Shown here: positions 1 to 7,345 of the stretch, one piece after another
Numbering within the stretch: position 1 is the first letter of the stretch
Layout of the letters: each line of letters starts with the position of its first letter
Source: a virus
Taxonomy: Duplodnaviria > Caudoviricetes
IMG/VR virus record: IMGVR_UViG_3300011334_000048
Location: 1 to 24,590 of that record
Strand: one strand, 5' to 3'
DNA: 24,590 bases
Translations under genes and position numbers: made by a program
The notes under the pieces: model-generated
The model's database searches: none
Seen by the model: the letters and a program-made list of their open reading frames with translations, nothing else
Told to the model about the DNA's origin: nothing

Positions 1-72
1 CACGATCTGATTAAGCATTTGCAGAACGATTTAAAAGACGCCATCAAAGCGTACAGGGAGTTAATTAAATGA
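1..72 (+). CDS. 3' end of hypothetical protein (...HDLIKHLQNDLKDAIKAYRELIK*), truncated by the window edge
   Basis: Frame 1 is open to TGA at 70-72, which overlaps ATG at 69 (ATGA coupling). Confidence 0.7.
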   Translation, partial: HDLIKHLQNDLKDAIKAYRELIK

Positions 73-266
73 TTGCAACAGTTTTTGCCCTGGCCATAGG
101 TGCCATTATTGGCGTGGGGACGTTAGTCCTCTTCGCTATGTTTTTGGCACACGTTCAAAATGAGGACAGTCCACCAGATTGGAGAAGTTCCCACCCCAAC
201 GATTCTTCGGGTACAGACTCTCCCAATATGCCCCAAGAGGGGCAAGAACCGCCTTATCCCAAATGA
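69..266 (+). CDS. Small membrane protein, 65 aa (N-terminal TM helix)
   Basis: AGGGAG SD at 55-60; ATGA overlap with the upstream gene; ~25-residue hydrophobic N-terminus; 3' half overlaps the endolysin antisense. Confidence 0.65.
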   Translation: MIATVFALAIGAIIGVGTLVLFAMFLAHVQNEDSPPDWRSSHPNDSSGTDSPNMPQEGQEPPYPK

Positions 267-480
267 TCTTGCCGTCTTTAAAGAAGTTCAGGTCGATGGC
301 GCAACGCTTCAAGTGGATGCTGTTCATGGTTTTGGAGCGGCCAGTTTTGAAGTAGATGGCCTGTTGCTCAGGCGTACGCGCCAACTCACCGCCAGTGACC
401 ACAAAGCCTTGGTCGGTGGCGTGTTGGATCAGTTTGCAAACGTCCAACAGGAATGCAGCTTGTTCTTGGTTTAAGCTCAT
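136..480 (-). CDS. Endolysin, M15-family (L-Ala-D-Glu type) Zn peptidase
   Basis: RTPEQQ, SIHLKRCAID (SxHxxxxAxD), WGGNF and DCPHFE motifs; last gene of the lysis block. Confidence 0.9.
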   Translation of the reverse strand: MSLNQEQAAFLLDVCKLIQHATDQGFVVTGGELARTPEQQAIYFKTGRSKTMNSIHLKRCAIDLNFFKDGKIIWDKAVLAPLGAYWESLYPKNRWGGNFSNLVDCPHFERVPKT

Positions 481-986
481 TTCTTCCTCATTTCCGCTAA
501 TTTTTCAACCGTGCGACCACCAAAGTAGGCACCCATGATCAACATGCCCCAGTTGCCCAGCAGGGTGACGTAGGATTCGTTTGCGTTGTATCCGAAAGCT
601 GACATCATGGCGAACAGAAAGTACCCCAAAAAGATCGCTATGAGCGACATGGGGCGTATGTTCTTGGACAGCCAAGAGTCAGATGCCATGTCGGCTTGCC
701 AGCGGTCTGTGATGTTGTCAGCGTCGTTTTGCGCGGCTTTGGCCAACAGTTCAAGCTCGGCCAATTCCATCTTGGCTTTTTCAACGCCCAACTCTAGCAA
801 GCGCTCTTCATGGTCATACTGAAGCTGGCGCAGCTTGCTGACGTCTTCGGGCGTGGGGTTGTCGGGTATCTTCACGCCAAGCGTGTTCTCGACCACTTCC
901 TTGCCCTTGGCTTGGATGGCGCTGGAGAGTAGCGTCAGCCCATTTTGGGCAAGACTACCGAGGAGGGATGCGACTATTGGAATCAT
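477..986 (-). CDS. Holin, GTA 3TM-holin-like, 169 aa
   Basis: Start reassigned to MIPIVASLLG (986); coiled coil then SDSWLSKNIRP, two TM segments and YFGGRTVEK tail typical of this family; ATGA-coupled to the endolysin. Confidence 0.8.
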   Translation of the reverse strand: MIPIVASLLGSLAQNGLTLLSSAIQAKGKEVVENTLGVKIPDNPTPEDVSKLRQLQYDHEERLLELGVEKAKMELAELELLAKAAQNDADNITDRWQADMASDSWLSKNIRPMSLIAIFLGYFLFAMMSAFGYNANESYVTLLGNWGMLIMGAYFGGRTVEKLAEMRKK

Positions 987-1137
987 CTCTTTTTTCCTTT
1001 TCAACTTGTCTACGCACTTTTTCCATTTTCTCAATCTGCGCTTGCGCTTCCTTTTTGGTTTGCAGCACATCCATGTACAACATCCCAAGGAGCGGAAGCA
1101 TCAGCACTACCAGAATACACGCCGCTATCCACCCCAC
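955..1137 (-). CDS. Small TM plus coiled-coil protein, 60 aa (lysis accessory; i-spanin-like topology)
   Basis: GTG at 1137 preceded by GGGAG-ATAGTT and lying just after the upstream TAG; MGWIAACILVVLMLPLLGMLY then a charged helix. Confidence 0.65.
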   Translation of the reverse strand: MGWIAACILVVLMLPLLGMLYMDVLQTKKEAQAQIEKMEKVRRQVEKEKRDDSNSRIPPR

Positions 1138-1139
1138 AA

Positions 1140-1805
1140 CTATCTCCCAATCCTGTACAAGAGGCCGAGGAGCAACCACATATATAGGAGGAATAGGATA
1201 GTTGCTAGCAGGTACGCCTGCCTTTCCTTTAGAAGCCTTTCTTCCTCCTTGCGTTGCCATGATTCATCATCCCGTTTCTTCCTTGCTTTGTCTTGCTCTA
1301 CCTTGATGACATCCCGCATATCAAACACTTTGCTATACAAAGCTCCCATCTCTTTAGGAGCGCCGTACACCATCGCCTCTCTTATCTCAGTCTCCAGCAA
1401 CGCCATTTGGTCTTGCGCCATGACCCGCTTCAGCGCGGCTTCCATCAAGTTGGCGTCAGGGTCGTAGACGTTCCTGCTCTTTTCTTCTTCTTCTCTTATA
1501 TGGGCAGCGAGTTGCTCTTGCAGTTTGAAAAACTGGGATAGCTGACTAACGATGTCCGCCATGACTTGGGTTTCGTCAACGGCAACGTAGGCTTCCTTTT
1601 TCGCCACAGACTTGGTTTGGGCGGCTGGCGCTGATCCGAAGAGCTTTTGCCAAAAACTTCTGACTTGCTTTGCATCTGAGACTACCTCATCAACAGTTTT
1701 CTTGATCTCCATGAAAGACGTTTTGGCATCTTTGTAGAGTTTGCATCCTTGCTTGATGGCGGCAACGCAGGCGTTGGCGGCAAAGAGGATGCTAAGCGGG
1801 TCAAT
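1140..1805 (-). CDS. Helical membrane-associated protein, ~221 aa, probable ATT start
   Basis: Frame stays open 31 codons upstream of ATG 1712, back to ATT-GAC-CCG (x-DPLSILFAANACVAAIKQGCKLYK) right after the upstream TAA; coiled coils and a C-terminal TM helix. The gene is well supported; the start is inferred. Confidence 0.75.
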   Translation of the reverse strand: MDPLSILFAANACVAAIKQGCKLYKDAKTSFMEIKKTVDEVVSDAKQVRSFWQKLFGSAPAAQTKSVAKKEAYVAVDETQVMADIVSQLSQFFKLQEQLAAHIREEEEKSRNVYDPDANLMEAALKRVMAQDQMALLETEIREAMVYGAPKEMGALYSKVFDMRDVIKVEQDKARKKRDDESWQRKEEERLLKERQAYLLATILFLLYMWLLLGLLYRIGR

Positions 1806-2003
1806 TTACAGCCCCAAGACTTTTTTGACCAACTCACCGGCAAAGCCTGGGCCAAACAGCACAGCAGCAATAACAATGTAAAGCAAGTACTCAATCCGCG
1901 TCATGCGCTTGTCGCCATCGATGAATGACTTCTCAATGGCCGCGTAGCGTTCAGCGCAGACAGCTTCGTGTACTGCTATCTTGGTAGGTGTATCGTCAGT
2001 CAT
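1806..2003 (-). CDS. Small coiled-coil plus C-terminal TM protein, 65 aa (first gene of the lysis block)
   Basis: HEAVCAERY helix followed by YLLYIVIAAVLFGPG; ATGA overlap with the upstream gene. Confidence 0.8.
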   Translation of the reverse strand: MTDDTPTKIAVHEAVCAERYAAIEKSFIDGDKRMTRIEYLLYIVIAAVLFGPGFAGELVKKVLGL

Positions 2004-4459
2004 GGTGCAAGATTGTTTTTGTTTGTGCCGCCCACTAATTTATTGCGGATAGCTTCACGGGTTTTGGGGCCTTGACCGCCATCAGACGTTGGTCGAGGCG
2101 CGCGTAAGTTTTCCTCAAGCGTTGATAGCAGATCAAGCATTTGATCTCGCTTAACGCCTGCGTCAAATTTGGTTTGCTCATTGGCCGCGCGTTGCGCAAT
2201 CTCATCAAACATCGCTGCTTTTTCACGCGCTTTGGTGTAGGCTTCAGCAACCCATTGCCGGTCCATCATTTTTTGAGCAATGGCTTTATCACTCAGTTTG
2301 GTGTAGCCAGTACCTAAGTCTTTGATGTCAACAGTTGCTTTTTCCCACGCAATTTTTTCAGCCGCTGTCAGGTCAAACAATTTACCGGCGGTAACTTTTT
2401 TGGCCGCTTCGTCAAGTGACGACAGATTTCGGAATGTCTCAGGCGTTGCGCCTTTGATGCCTTGGCTGGCTTCACGCATACGGCCAGTGATGGGATCAAA
2501 GTCAAGGATGACTTCACGGGTGGCTGGCCTACGGGTGGCGGCTTCAGCGGCGGCTTGTTGTGCTTCAGCTTGCTGGCCCAAAGCGCGAGACACGCCTGCG
2601 CGGCGCGCATCTTCTGCACGTAAAGCGTTAATGGTGCCTTCAGGGCTAGGCGCGGCCAATTGAGGTGGTGTTGGCTGCACACCCGCTCTGACTTCAGGCC
2701 TTGGGCGGGTCATTATGAAGTTGGGGCGGCTGAACGCTTGTGCAGCGGTAATCGGTGAGCCGTCTTGAGCGTAGCCCACAATGTCAGTTGGTTGCACCAA
2801 CGCATTGCGTGGGTCAAACGGCACAACAGCTTGGCTCTGGGGAATAGGCGCGGTGGCTGCGGCAAGCTGGTTGGTAGGAATGCGAAAGTCTTGCAAGTTC
2901 AAGCCAGCTTGGTAACCAGGCGACGCTATGCGTTTTGCAGCCAATGCGCCAATACCTTCGCCTAACCCGCCACCTATCAAACCCCCAACGATTGCGCCTG
3001 TCAAACCAAACTGTGAGCCAATTAACGCGCCGCCACCGCCTGCCAAGCCAGCACGACTAAGGCGAGGCAGGTCATAAAACTTGGACGCTGCTTGCGTTGT
3101 AAAGACATCAGGAAAGTTGCCTGCAATCTTGCCCAACGACGCAATGTCGCCGGTCAACGCGTTATCTTTAGATGTGATCCGCGCCAGCTTAGACACGTCC
3201 ACCATGCCCGTGTTGAGGTCAGTCGCGCCTTCGTAAACGTATGTACGCGCCATCTTTTGACGCGCGTCACGAAACTGATCCAACAGCTTAGGGTTAGATA
3301 TGTTGGACTCAAGCATTGACTCCAACTGATTGGCAATAGCCAAGTTGGCGTCTGCAACGGCCAATTGCTTAGGCGTGGCGTTTTGATTGTTGTATATTTT
3401 TTTGGCGTCTGAGCGAAGGTTTCGCACGTTGTCAAGCAATTCAGCACCAGTAAACCCAGCTTGCGTTTTAGCTATTGCGTCGTCAACCAGTTTGTTTACT
3501 TTTTTGGCGACGCCTTCGCCACCAATTAATTTATCGTTTCTGCGTAAATCGTTTAGGTTTTTAAGCGCAGTTTCATCGGCCACCATTGTTGGCAACTTAC
3601 GTACTTCATCGTACGGCGCAGCTAATTTAGCGCGCGCGTCGTTAAACGGTACGTCGCTGGTCAAAGATACAGTTGGATCAAGCCCTAGCTCGTTTTTTGC
3701 AATTTCATTGACGCGGGGGCGGTTAACTTCGGCCAATGCTTCAGGGCCGCGTGGCCCAGCAGCGGCTGAATAAGCCCTAGATGAAATTGATGGATCAATA
3801 TCCGCAGGGTTAAGCGCCAGTTTTAACCGTTGCGCTTCCGCAGCCGCGTCAATTTGAGGGCCTTTAGCGTAGGATTCTGCTGACCGGCGTTCGCGTCCTT
3901 TTTGAAGCATAGGCTCAAACGGCATTTGCAAACCAATTTTGGCTTTTTCAACCGCCGGCGCAACGGCTTGCTTGACTGCTTTGACTACCGGCGGCACCAC
4001 TTTGGGCGCGGTCAGCGTTGCGGTTGCAATATAGCTTTCAACGTCTGCTTGTGGCAGGCCGGTGTTTTCAGAAATCCACTTGGCACCTTTTTGAAAGTTT
4101 TGGCCAATGAAATCCATTATTTGACGACCAGCTTCTTGCTGATACTCAGGCGTGTCAGATACACCAAACGCTTTGCCAAAAGGTTTATCTACCGCGCTTA
4201 CCAATCCTTGCGTAATAGCTTGCGCTTCATCAGCCGAACGGCCCACACGCGCAAAAGGATACGCAAGATATTGCACTGCCCCTGGGATGACGCCGCCCAC
4301 AGTTACGTCGGCCAACGATGCGGCAGAACGGCCAAATTGAGTCAAAGCGCTTGGCGATTGACGTGGGCCAGGCATTCCGGTTGGCGCAGGCATAACCGCA
4401 AATTGCGTAAATGGATTTTCTTGCGGAGCGGCAAACTCAGCAAAAGGATTAGTGGCCAT
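2000..4459 (-). CDS. Putative DNA ejection protein (P22 gp16 position), 819 aa
   Basis: Large Ala-rich helical protein with a Gly-rich hydrophobic hairpin (GLAGGGGALIGSQFGLTGAIVGGLIGGGLG); last of three genes after the tail block; function by synteny. Confidence 0.7.
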   Translation of the reverse strand: MATNPFAEFAAPQENPFTQFAVMPAPTGMPGPRQSPSALTQFGRSAASLADVTVGGVIPGAVQYLAYPFARVGRSADEAQAITQGLVSAVDKPFGKAFGVSDTPEYQQEAGRQIMDFIGQNFQKGAKWISENTGLPQADVESYIATATLTAPKVVPPVVKAVKQAVAPAVEKAKIGLQMPFEPMLQKGRERRSAESYAKGPQIDAAAEAQRLKLALNPADIDPSISSRAYSAAAGPRGPEALAEVNRPRVNEIAKNELGLDPTVSLTSDVPFNDARAKLAAPYDEVRKLPTMVADETALKNLNDLRRNDKLIGGEGVAKKVNKLVDDAIAKTQAGFTGAELLDNVRNLRSDAKKIYNNQNATPKQLAVADANLAIANQLESMLESNISNPKLLDQFRDARQKMARTYVYEGATDLNTGMVDVSKLARITSKDNALTGDIASLGKIAGNFPDVFTTQAASKFYDLPRLSRAGLAGGGGALIGSQFGLTGAIVGGLIGGGLGEGIGALAAKRIASPGYQAGLNLQDFRIPTNQLAAATAPIPQSQAVVPFDPRNALVQPTDIVGYAQDGSPITAAQAFSRPNFIMTRPRPEVRAGVQPTPPQLAAPSPEGTINALRAEDARRAGVSRALGQQAEAQQAAAEAATRRPATREVILDFDPITGRMREASQGIKGATPETFRNLSSLDEAAKKVTAGKLFDLTAAEKIAWEKATVDIKDLGTGYTKLSDKAIAQKMMDRQWVAEAYTKAREKAAMFDEIAQRAANEQTKFDAGVKRDQMLDLLSTLEENLRAPRPTSDGGQGPKTREAIRNKLVGGTNKNNLAP

Positions 4460-5920
4460 TTATTTGCCTCCTCTAGCACGTTTTGCGGCACCGGCTCCAA
4501 ATATTGCGTCAAACTGCGCGTCTGTTCCTTTACCCGATTTAAGCGCGTCAATTGCTGCTTGAGGTATGGTTGTAGCCGCAGGCGCTGCCCGACTCTGGCC
4601 AGGGATTTGGTCTACCGCATTGACGCTATATTTTTTAAGCACGGGGCTTTCAAACAAAGATTTACCACCGTCGCCAGCGTACCAAGCATCTTCAGCGCCT
4701 TCAAATGTCTTATTCTTTTCGCGCCAAGCCGCGTAAAACTCACGTTGCTTAAGGTCGCGCTGGAGTTGAGCTTTGGCCACGTTAAGCACAAATTTGTTGG
4801 CTTCTTTAGTGTTGCCCAACTGAGCGCCGGTCGCAGTAATGCGTTGGGCGTCTGATTCTGTTTGCGGGCCCTTTTGTTCCAACTGACGTTGCAAGACCGC
4901 AGCGTTGGCGCTGGCCAAAAAGGTTTGCGCGTCTGTTGCAAAGTTTTTTGCGTCTTGTACGCCAAGCGCGCCCAATACTCTAGCGCCTGCGGCTATTGTT
5001 TCGGTTCCAAAGCCAGTATCAAACCCTTTATCTAGGATAGCAAGATTGCTTTCAATTGCAGGCAATGATTTTGTAGCGACTGTTGCTTGCGCTTTTATGT
5101 TTTTAAAGTCATCAATTAAAAGTTTGCCGTACTCAATTTTTTCGGCTTTTTCTTGTGGGCCGTAAGATACTGATGTCTTAGGCGTTGAGATAGCCTTAAA
5201 GTCGGCAAACGAACCTCTGTAATTGCCGCCCGCAGGTGTTTTTGCAAACTCAAAATTTCGCACCAATTCAGTTTGAGTAGGTGGTTTTTCAGGCGCAGCA
5301 GGCGCTTGCTTAAATGTTCCAGCTTGTGGGTCGTACACAGAACTGCTTGCAGGCACAACCGTTGGCTTCATGCTGTCAAGAATTTGGCTAACGCTTTGCA
5401 TTGACCCCATACGCAATTTGTCAAAGTTTCCTGTTTCAATTGCTTTTTGCAAAGTTGCCAGGCCTTTTTCTGGTGTTGCGCCTACGCTTTTCAGATAAGG
5501 CCCAAGCACTGGATCAGCGTGTATAGATTGATGCAAAGCTAAATACGCTTCAGGCGTATCTGCCATGCGGTACGCCTCTGGAAGCAATGCCAGTTTATCA
5601 GTCAACAACTTAGTTTGTTTAATTTGCCCCTCAGTACGCGCGGTGTCTTGTTCAGACAGCGCTTTGCTGTACGCCAAACCGGTTTTGCCAAACTTTATCA
5701 AGCCTGTACGGGCTTCTGGCTTGCTGAGATCAGACTGCCCCAAATAATTACGCAATTGATCTTCTTCAGCGCGCGCGCGTTCGTATTCTTGCATTTGCAT
5801 CCGAGCAAGTTCATTTTGCTGCTGCGCGTTTTGAATACCCGCCATTTGGCTGTACCTTGCCATTGGGTCGGCAACTTGAAGTGGCTGAACGCCAAGTGCA
5901 ATTCTAGGATCGATGGGCAT
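4460..5920 (-). CDS. Putative DNA ejection protein (gp20 position), 486 aa
   Basis: MPIDPRIALG start, Gln-rich helical N-terminus; synteny. Confidence 0.65.
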   Translation of the reverse strand: MPIDPRIALGVQPLQVADPMARYSQMAGIQNAQQQNELARMQMQEYERARAEEDQLRNYLGQSDLSKPEARTGLIKFGKTGLAYSKALSEQDTARTEGQIKQTKLLTDKLALLPEAYRMADTPEAYLALHQSIHADPVLGPYLKSVGATPEKGLATLQKAIETGNFDKLRMGSMQSVSQILDSMKPTVVPASSSVYDPQAGTFKQAPAAPEKPPTQTELVRNFEFAKTPAGGNYRGSFADFKAISTPKTSVSYGPQEKAEKIEYGKLLIDDFKNIKAQATVATKSLPAIESNLAILDKGFDTGFGTETIAAGARVLGALGVQDAKNFATDAQTFLASANAAVLQRQLEQKGPQTESDAQRITATGAQLGNTKEANKFVLNVAKAQLQRDLKQREFYAAWREKNKTFEGAEDAWYAGDGGKSLFESPVLKKYSVNAVDQIPGQSRAAPAATTIPQAAIDALKSGKGTDAQFDAIFGAGAAKRARGGK

Positions 5921-5929
5921 GATGTGACC

Positions 5930-6814
5930 TTAAAAATTGATCATATTGAAGGGGTCAAAATTGTTAGGGCCGCCGAGCGCACCACCACCGCCATATTGAC
6001 TGCTTCGCATTGCGTTCATCATATTTTGACCTTGGCTGTAATTTAGGTATGTATTTAAACCACCGGTCATAGCATTTGCTTGACCAACATACCCCGCTGC
6101 GCGAGCGTTAGCGCCGCCCATATATGCTTCGCCAACATTAGACGCCATGTTTTGAGCAATATTTCCAGCGCCAGTTGCATAGTTTTGGCCAGCAGTGCCA
6201 ATTGTGTTAGCGGATGTTTGGCCTACGCCCGCCATAGATGCAAGACGGTTGTAACCTGTAGACTCACGATTTACATCAGCGTTGTAGCTTGTTAATGCTC
6301 GGTTGTAACCTAGGGCCTCACGATTTACACCAGCGTTGTAGCGTGTCAATGCTCGGTTGTAGGCATTTCCATATTCTTGGCTACCCATCTCTTGTCCATA
6401 GCGTGCTGCGGCCTTGAGAGCGCCGCCAGAAATCAGGCCGCCACGAGCTGCCGCTTGACGATCAAGTGCTTTTTGGCCTTCTTTTAATCGAAAGGCGTAG
6501 CCAGGGTCTTCACCTAAATTAACCTTGCCTGTAAATACGTCAGGCATTTTATTGTATTCAAATGCGGCAGGCATTTTATCGTACTGCGCTTGCATTTTGG
6601 CTAACGCATTTGTGCCAGCCTTGTAAAAAGGCTGTTGGCGAGTTATGCCCTCTTCATACATACGCTTTTGAAGAGCCAATTGCTCGCTAGCAGTTTGGCG
6701 TTGAAGTTCTGCGGTACGATCTGCTGCGCCAACTTGTGCATTAGCAGCGCTACTAGCCGCGTCTGCACTAAGAAAACCGCTAACTACTGTGGCTCCTGCG
6801 ACCCAGAATGTCAT
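5930..6814 (-). CDS. Putative DNA ejection/pilot protein (gp7-like), 294 aa
   Basis: Ala/Gly-rich hydrophobic N-terminus, QQPFYKAG, DPGYAFRLKEG...AAARGGLISG motifs; synteny. Confidence 0.75.
   Translation of the reverse strand: MTFWVAGATVVSGFLSADAASSAANAQVGAADRTAELQRQTASEQLALQKRMYEEGITRQQPFYKAGTNALAKMQAQYDKMPAAFEYNKMPDVFTGKVNLGEDPGYAFRLKEGQKALDRQAAARGGLISGGALKAAARYGQEMGSQEYGNAYNRALTRYNAGVNREALGYNRALTSYNADVNRESTGYNRLASMAGVGQTSANTIGTAGQNYATGAGNIAQNMASNVGEAYMGGANARAAGYVGQANAMTGGLNTYLNYSQGQNMMNAMRSSQYGGGGALGGPNNFDPFNMINF
6246..6361. repeat. In-frame 54-bp tandem repeat (2.1 copies)
   Basis: 6246-6299 and 6300-6353 align without gaps; encodes YNRALTRYNAGVNREALG / YNRALTSYNADVNRESTG / YNR. Confidence 0.9.
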
Positions 6815-7254
6815 GGTGACACCTCCAAAACTTCTTGTTTAAGTATATTACCTGATAGATACATTGTATTGTTTTCAACCTCAACTAGCTCGGCTTCAAC
6901 TTCTTCAATTGATTTTTCTTCAATTGCGTGAAAAGTCATACACAAAGCGTCAGTTTCCGCAAAAACGGCGCGTTTTGTGCCAGGCTTGCTTAGAAACAAA
7001 TGCGGCCCCGTGACGGTATGTACGCCGTCATCTGCGGTAATTGATACGGTGCCCGACACAATTAGGTACATATGTTCTTTTTTATGCACTGCACCAACTA
7101 CTAATACGCCAGCATGACGAAACACTTCGCGGCAATACATACCACCATGAAAATAATGCTTTGTCTCAGGCTGATATTGAGGCAGTTTAGACAGCTCTAC
7201 CTGTAACGCTTCGACGCGTTCTTTCAGGTTTGACTCAACGGCAATGTCGTTCAT
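6811..7254 (-). CDS. Cupin-fold-like phage protein, 147 aa
   Basis: Start reassigned to MNDIAVES (7254); HYFHGGMYCRE...GAVHKKEH...SGTV...PGTKR...FH pattern resembles a cupin barrel. Confidence 0.7.
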   Translation of the reverse strand: MNDIAVESNLKERVEALQVELSKLPQYQPETKHYFHGGMYCREVFRHAGVLVVGAVHKKEHMYLIVSGTVSITADDGVHTVTGPHLFLSKPGTKRAVFAETDALCMTFHAIEEKSIEEVEAELVEVENNTMYLSGNILKQEVLEVSP

Positions 7255-7255
7255 T

Positions 7256-7345
7256 TTATTCCAAAAGAAAGTTGTTGTGGGCGTGTTGCACCAAGATGCG
7301 GGTTTCTTTAGCATACACGCCAGAACTGAAATGGTGATGAATCAT
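7256..7345 (-). pseudogene. 29-codon remnant of a second cupin-like gene (MIHHHFSSGVYAKETRILVQHAHNNFLLE*)
   Basis: ATGA-coupled to the upstream stop and fills the gap exactly; HHFSSGVYAKE..LVQHAH parallels HYFHGGMYCRE..VVGAVH of the next gene. Confidence 0.6.

Noticed and set aside
987-1088. ORF-track N-terminal extension of the holin (likewise extensions to 7314, 10516, 11871, 20727, 21092 and 23650)
   Set aside because: The extensions overlap neighbouring genes or terminators; downstream starts have an SD or stop-start coupling
1117-1128. Lipobox-like IAAC suggesting an o-spanin
   Set aside because: The Cys is at residue 7, before the hydrophobic stretch rather than after a signal peptide
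1138-1260. Longer 101-aa version of the 955 ORF starting at ATG 1260
   Set aside because: It would overlap the upstream gene by 121 bp, while GTG 1137 has a well-spaced GGGAG SD; not fully excluded
1803-1808. Genome-wide stop-codon reassignment
   Set aside because: TAA, TAG and TGA all end genes at sensible places and the standard code already gives near-complete coding density
3902-4855. 317-aa plus-strand ORF and other long antisense ORFs (835-1467, 21099-21746, 22107-22586 and similar)
   Set aside because: They are shadows of well-supported minus-strand genes, with no recognisable motifs and atypical composition
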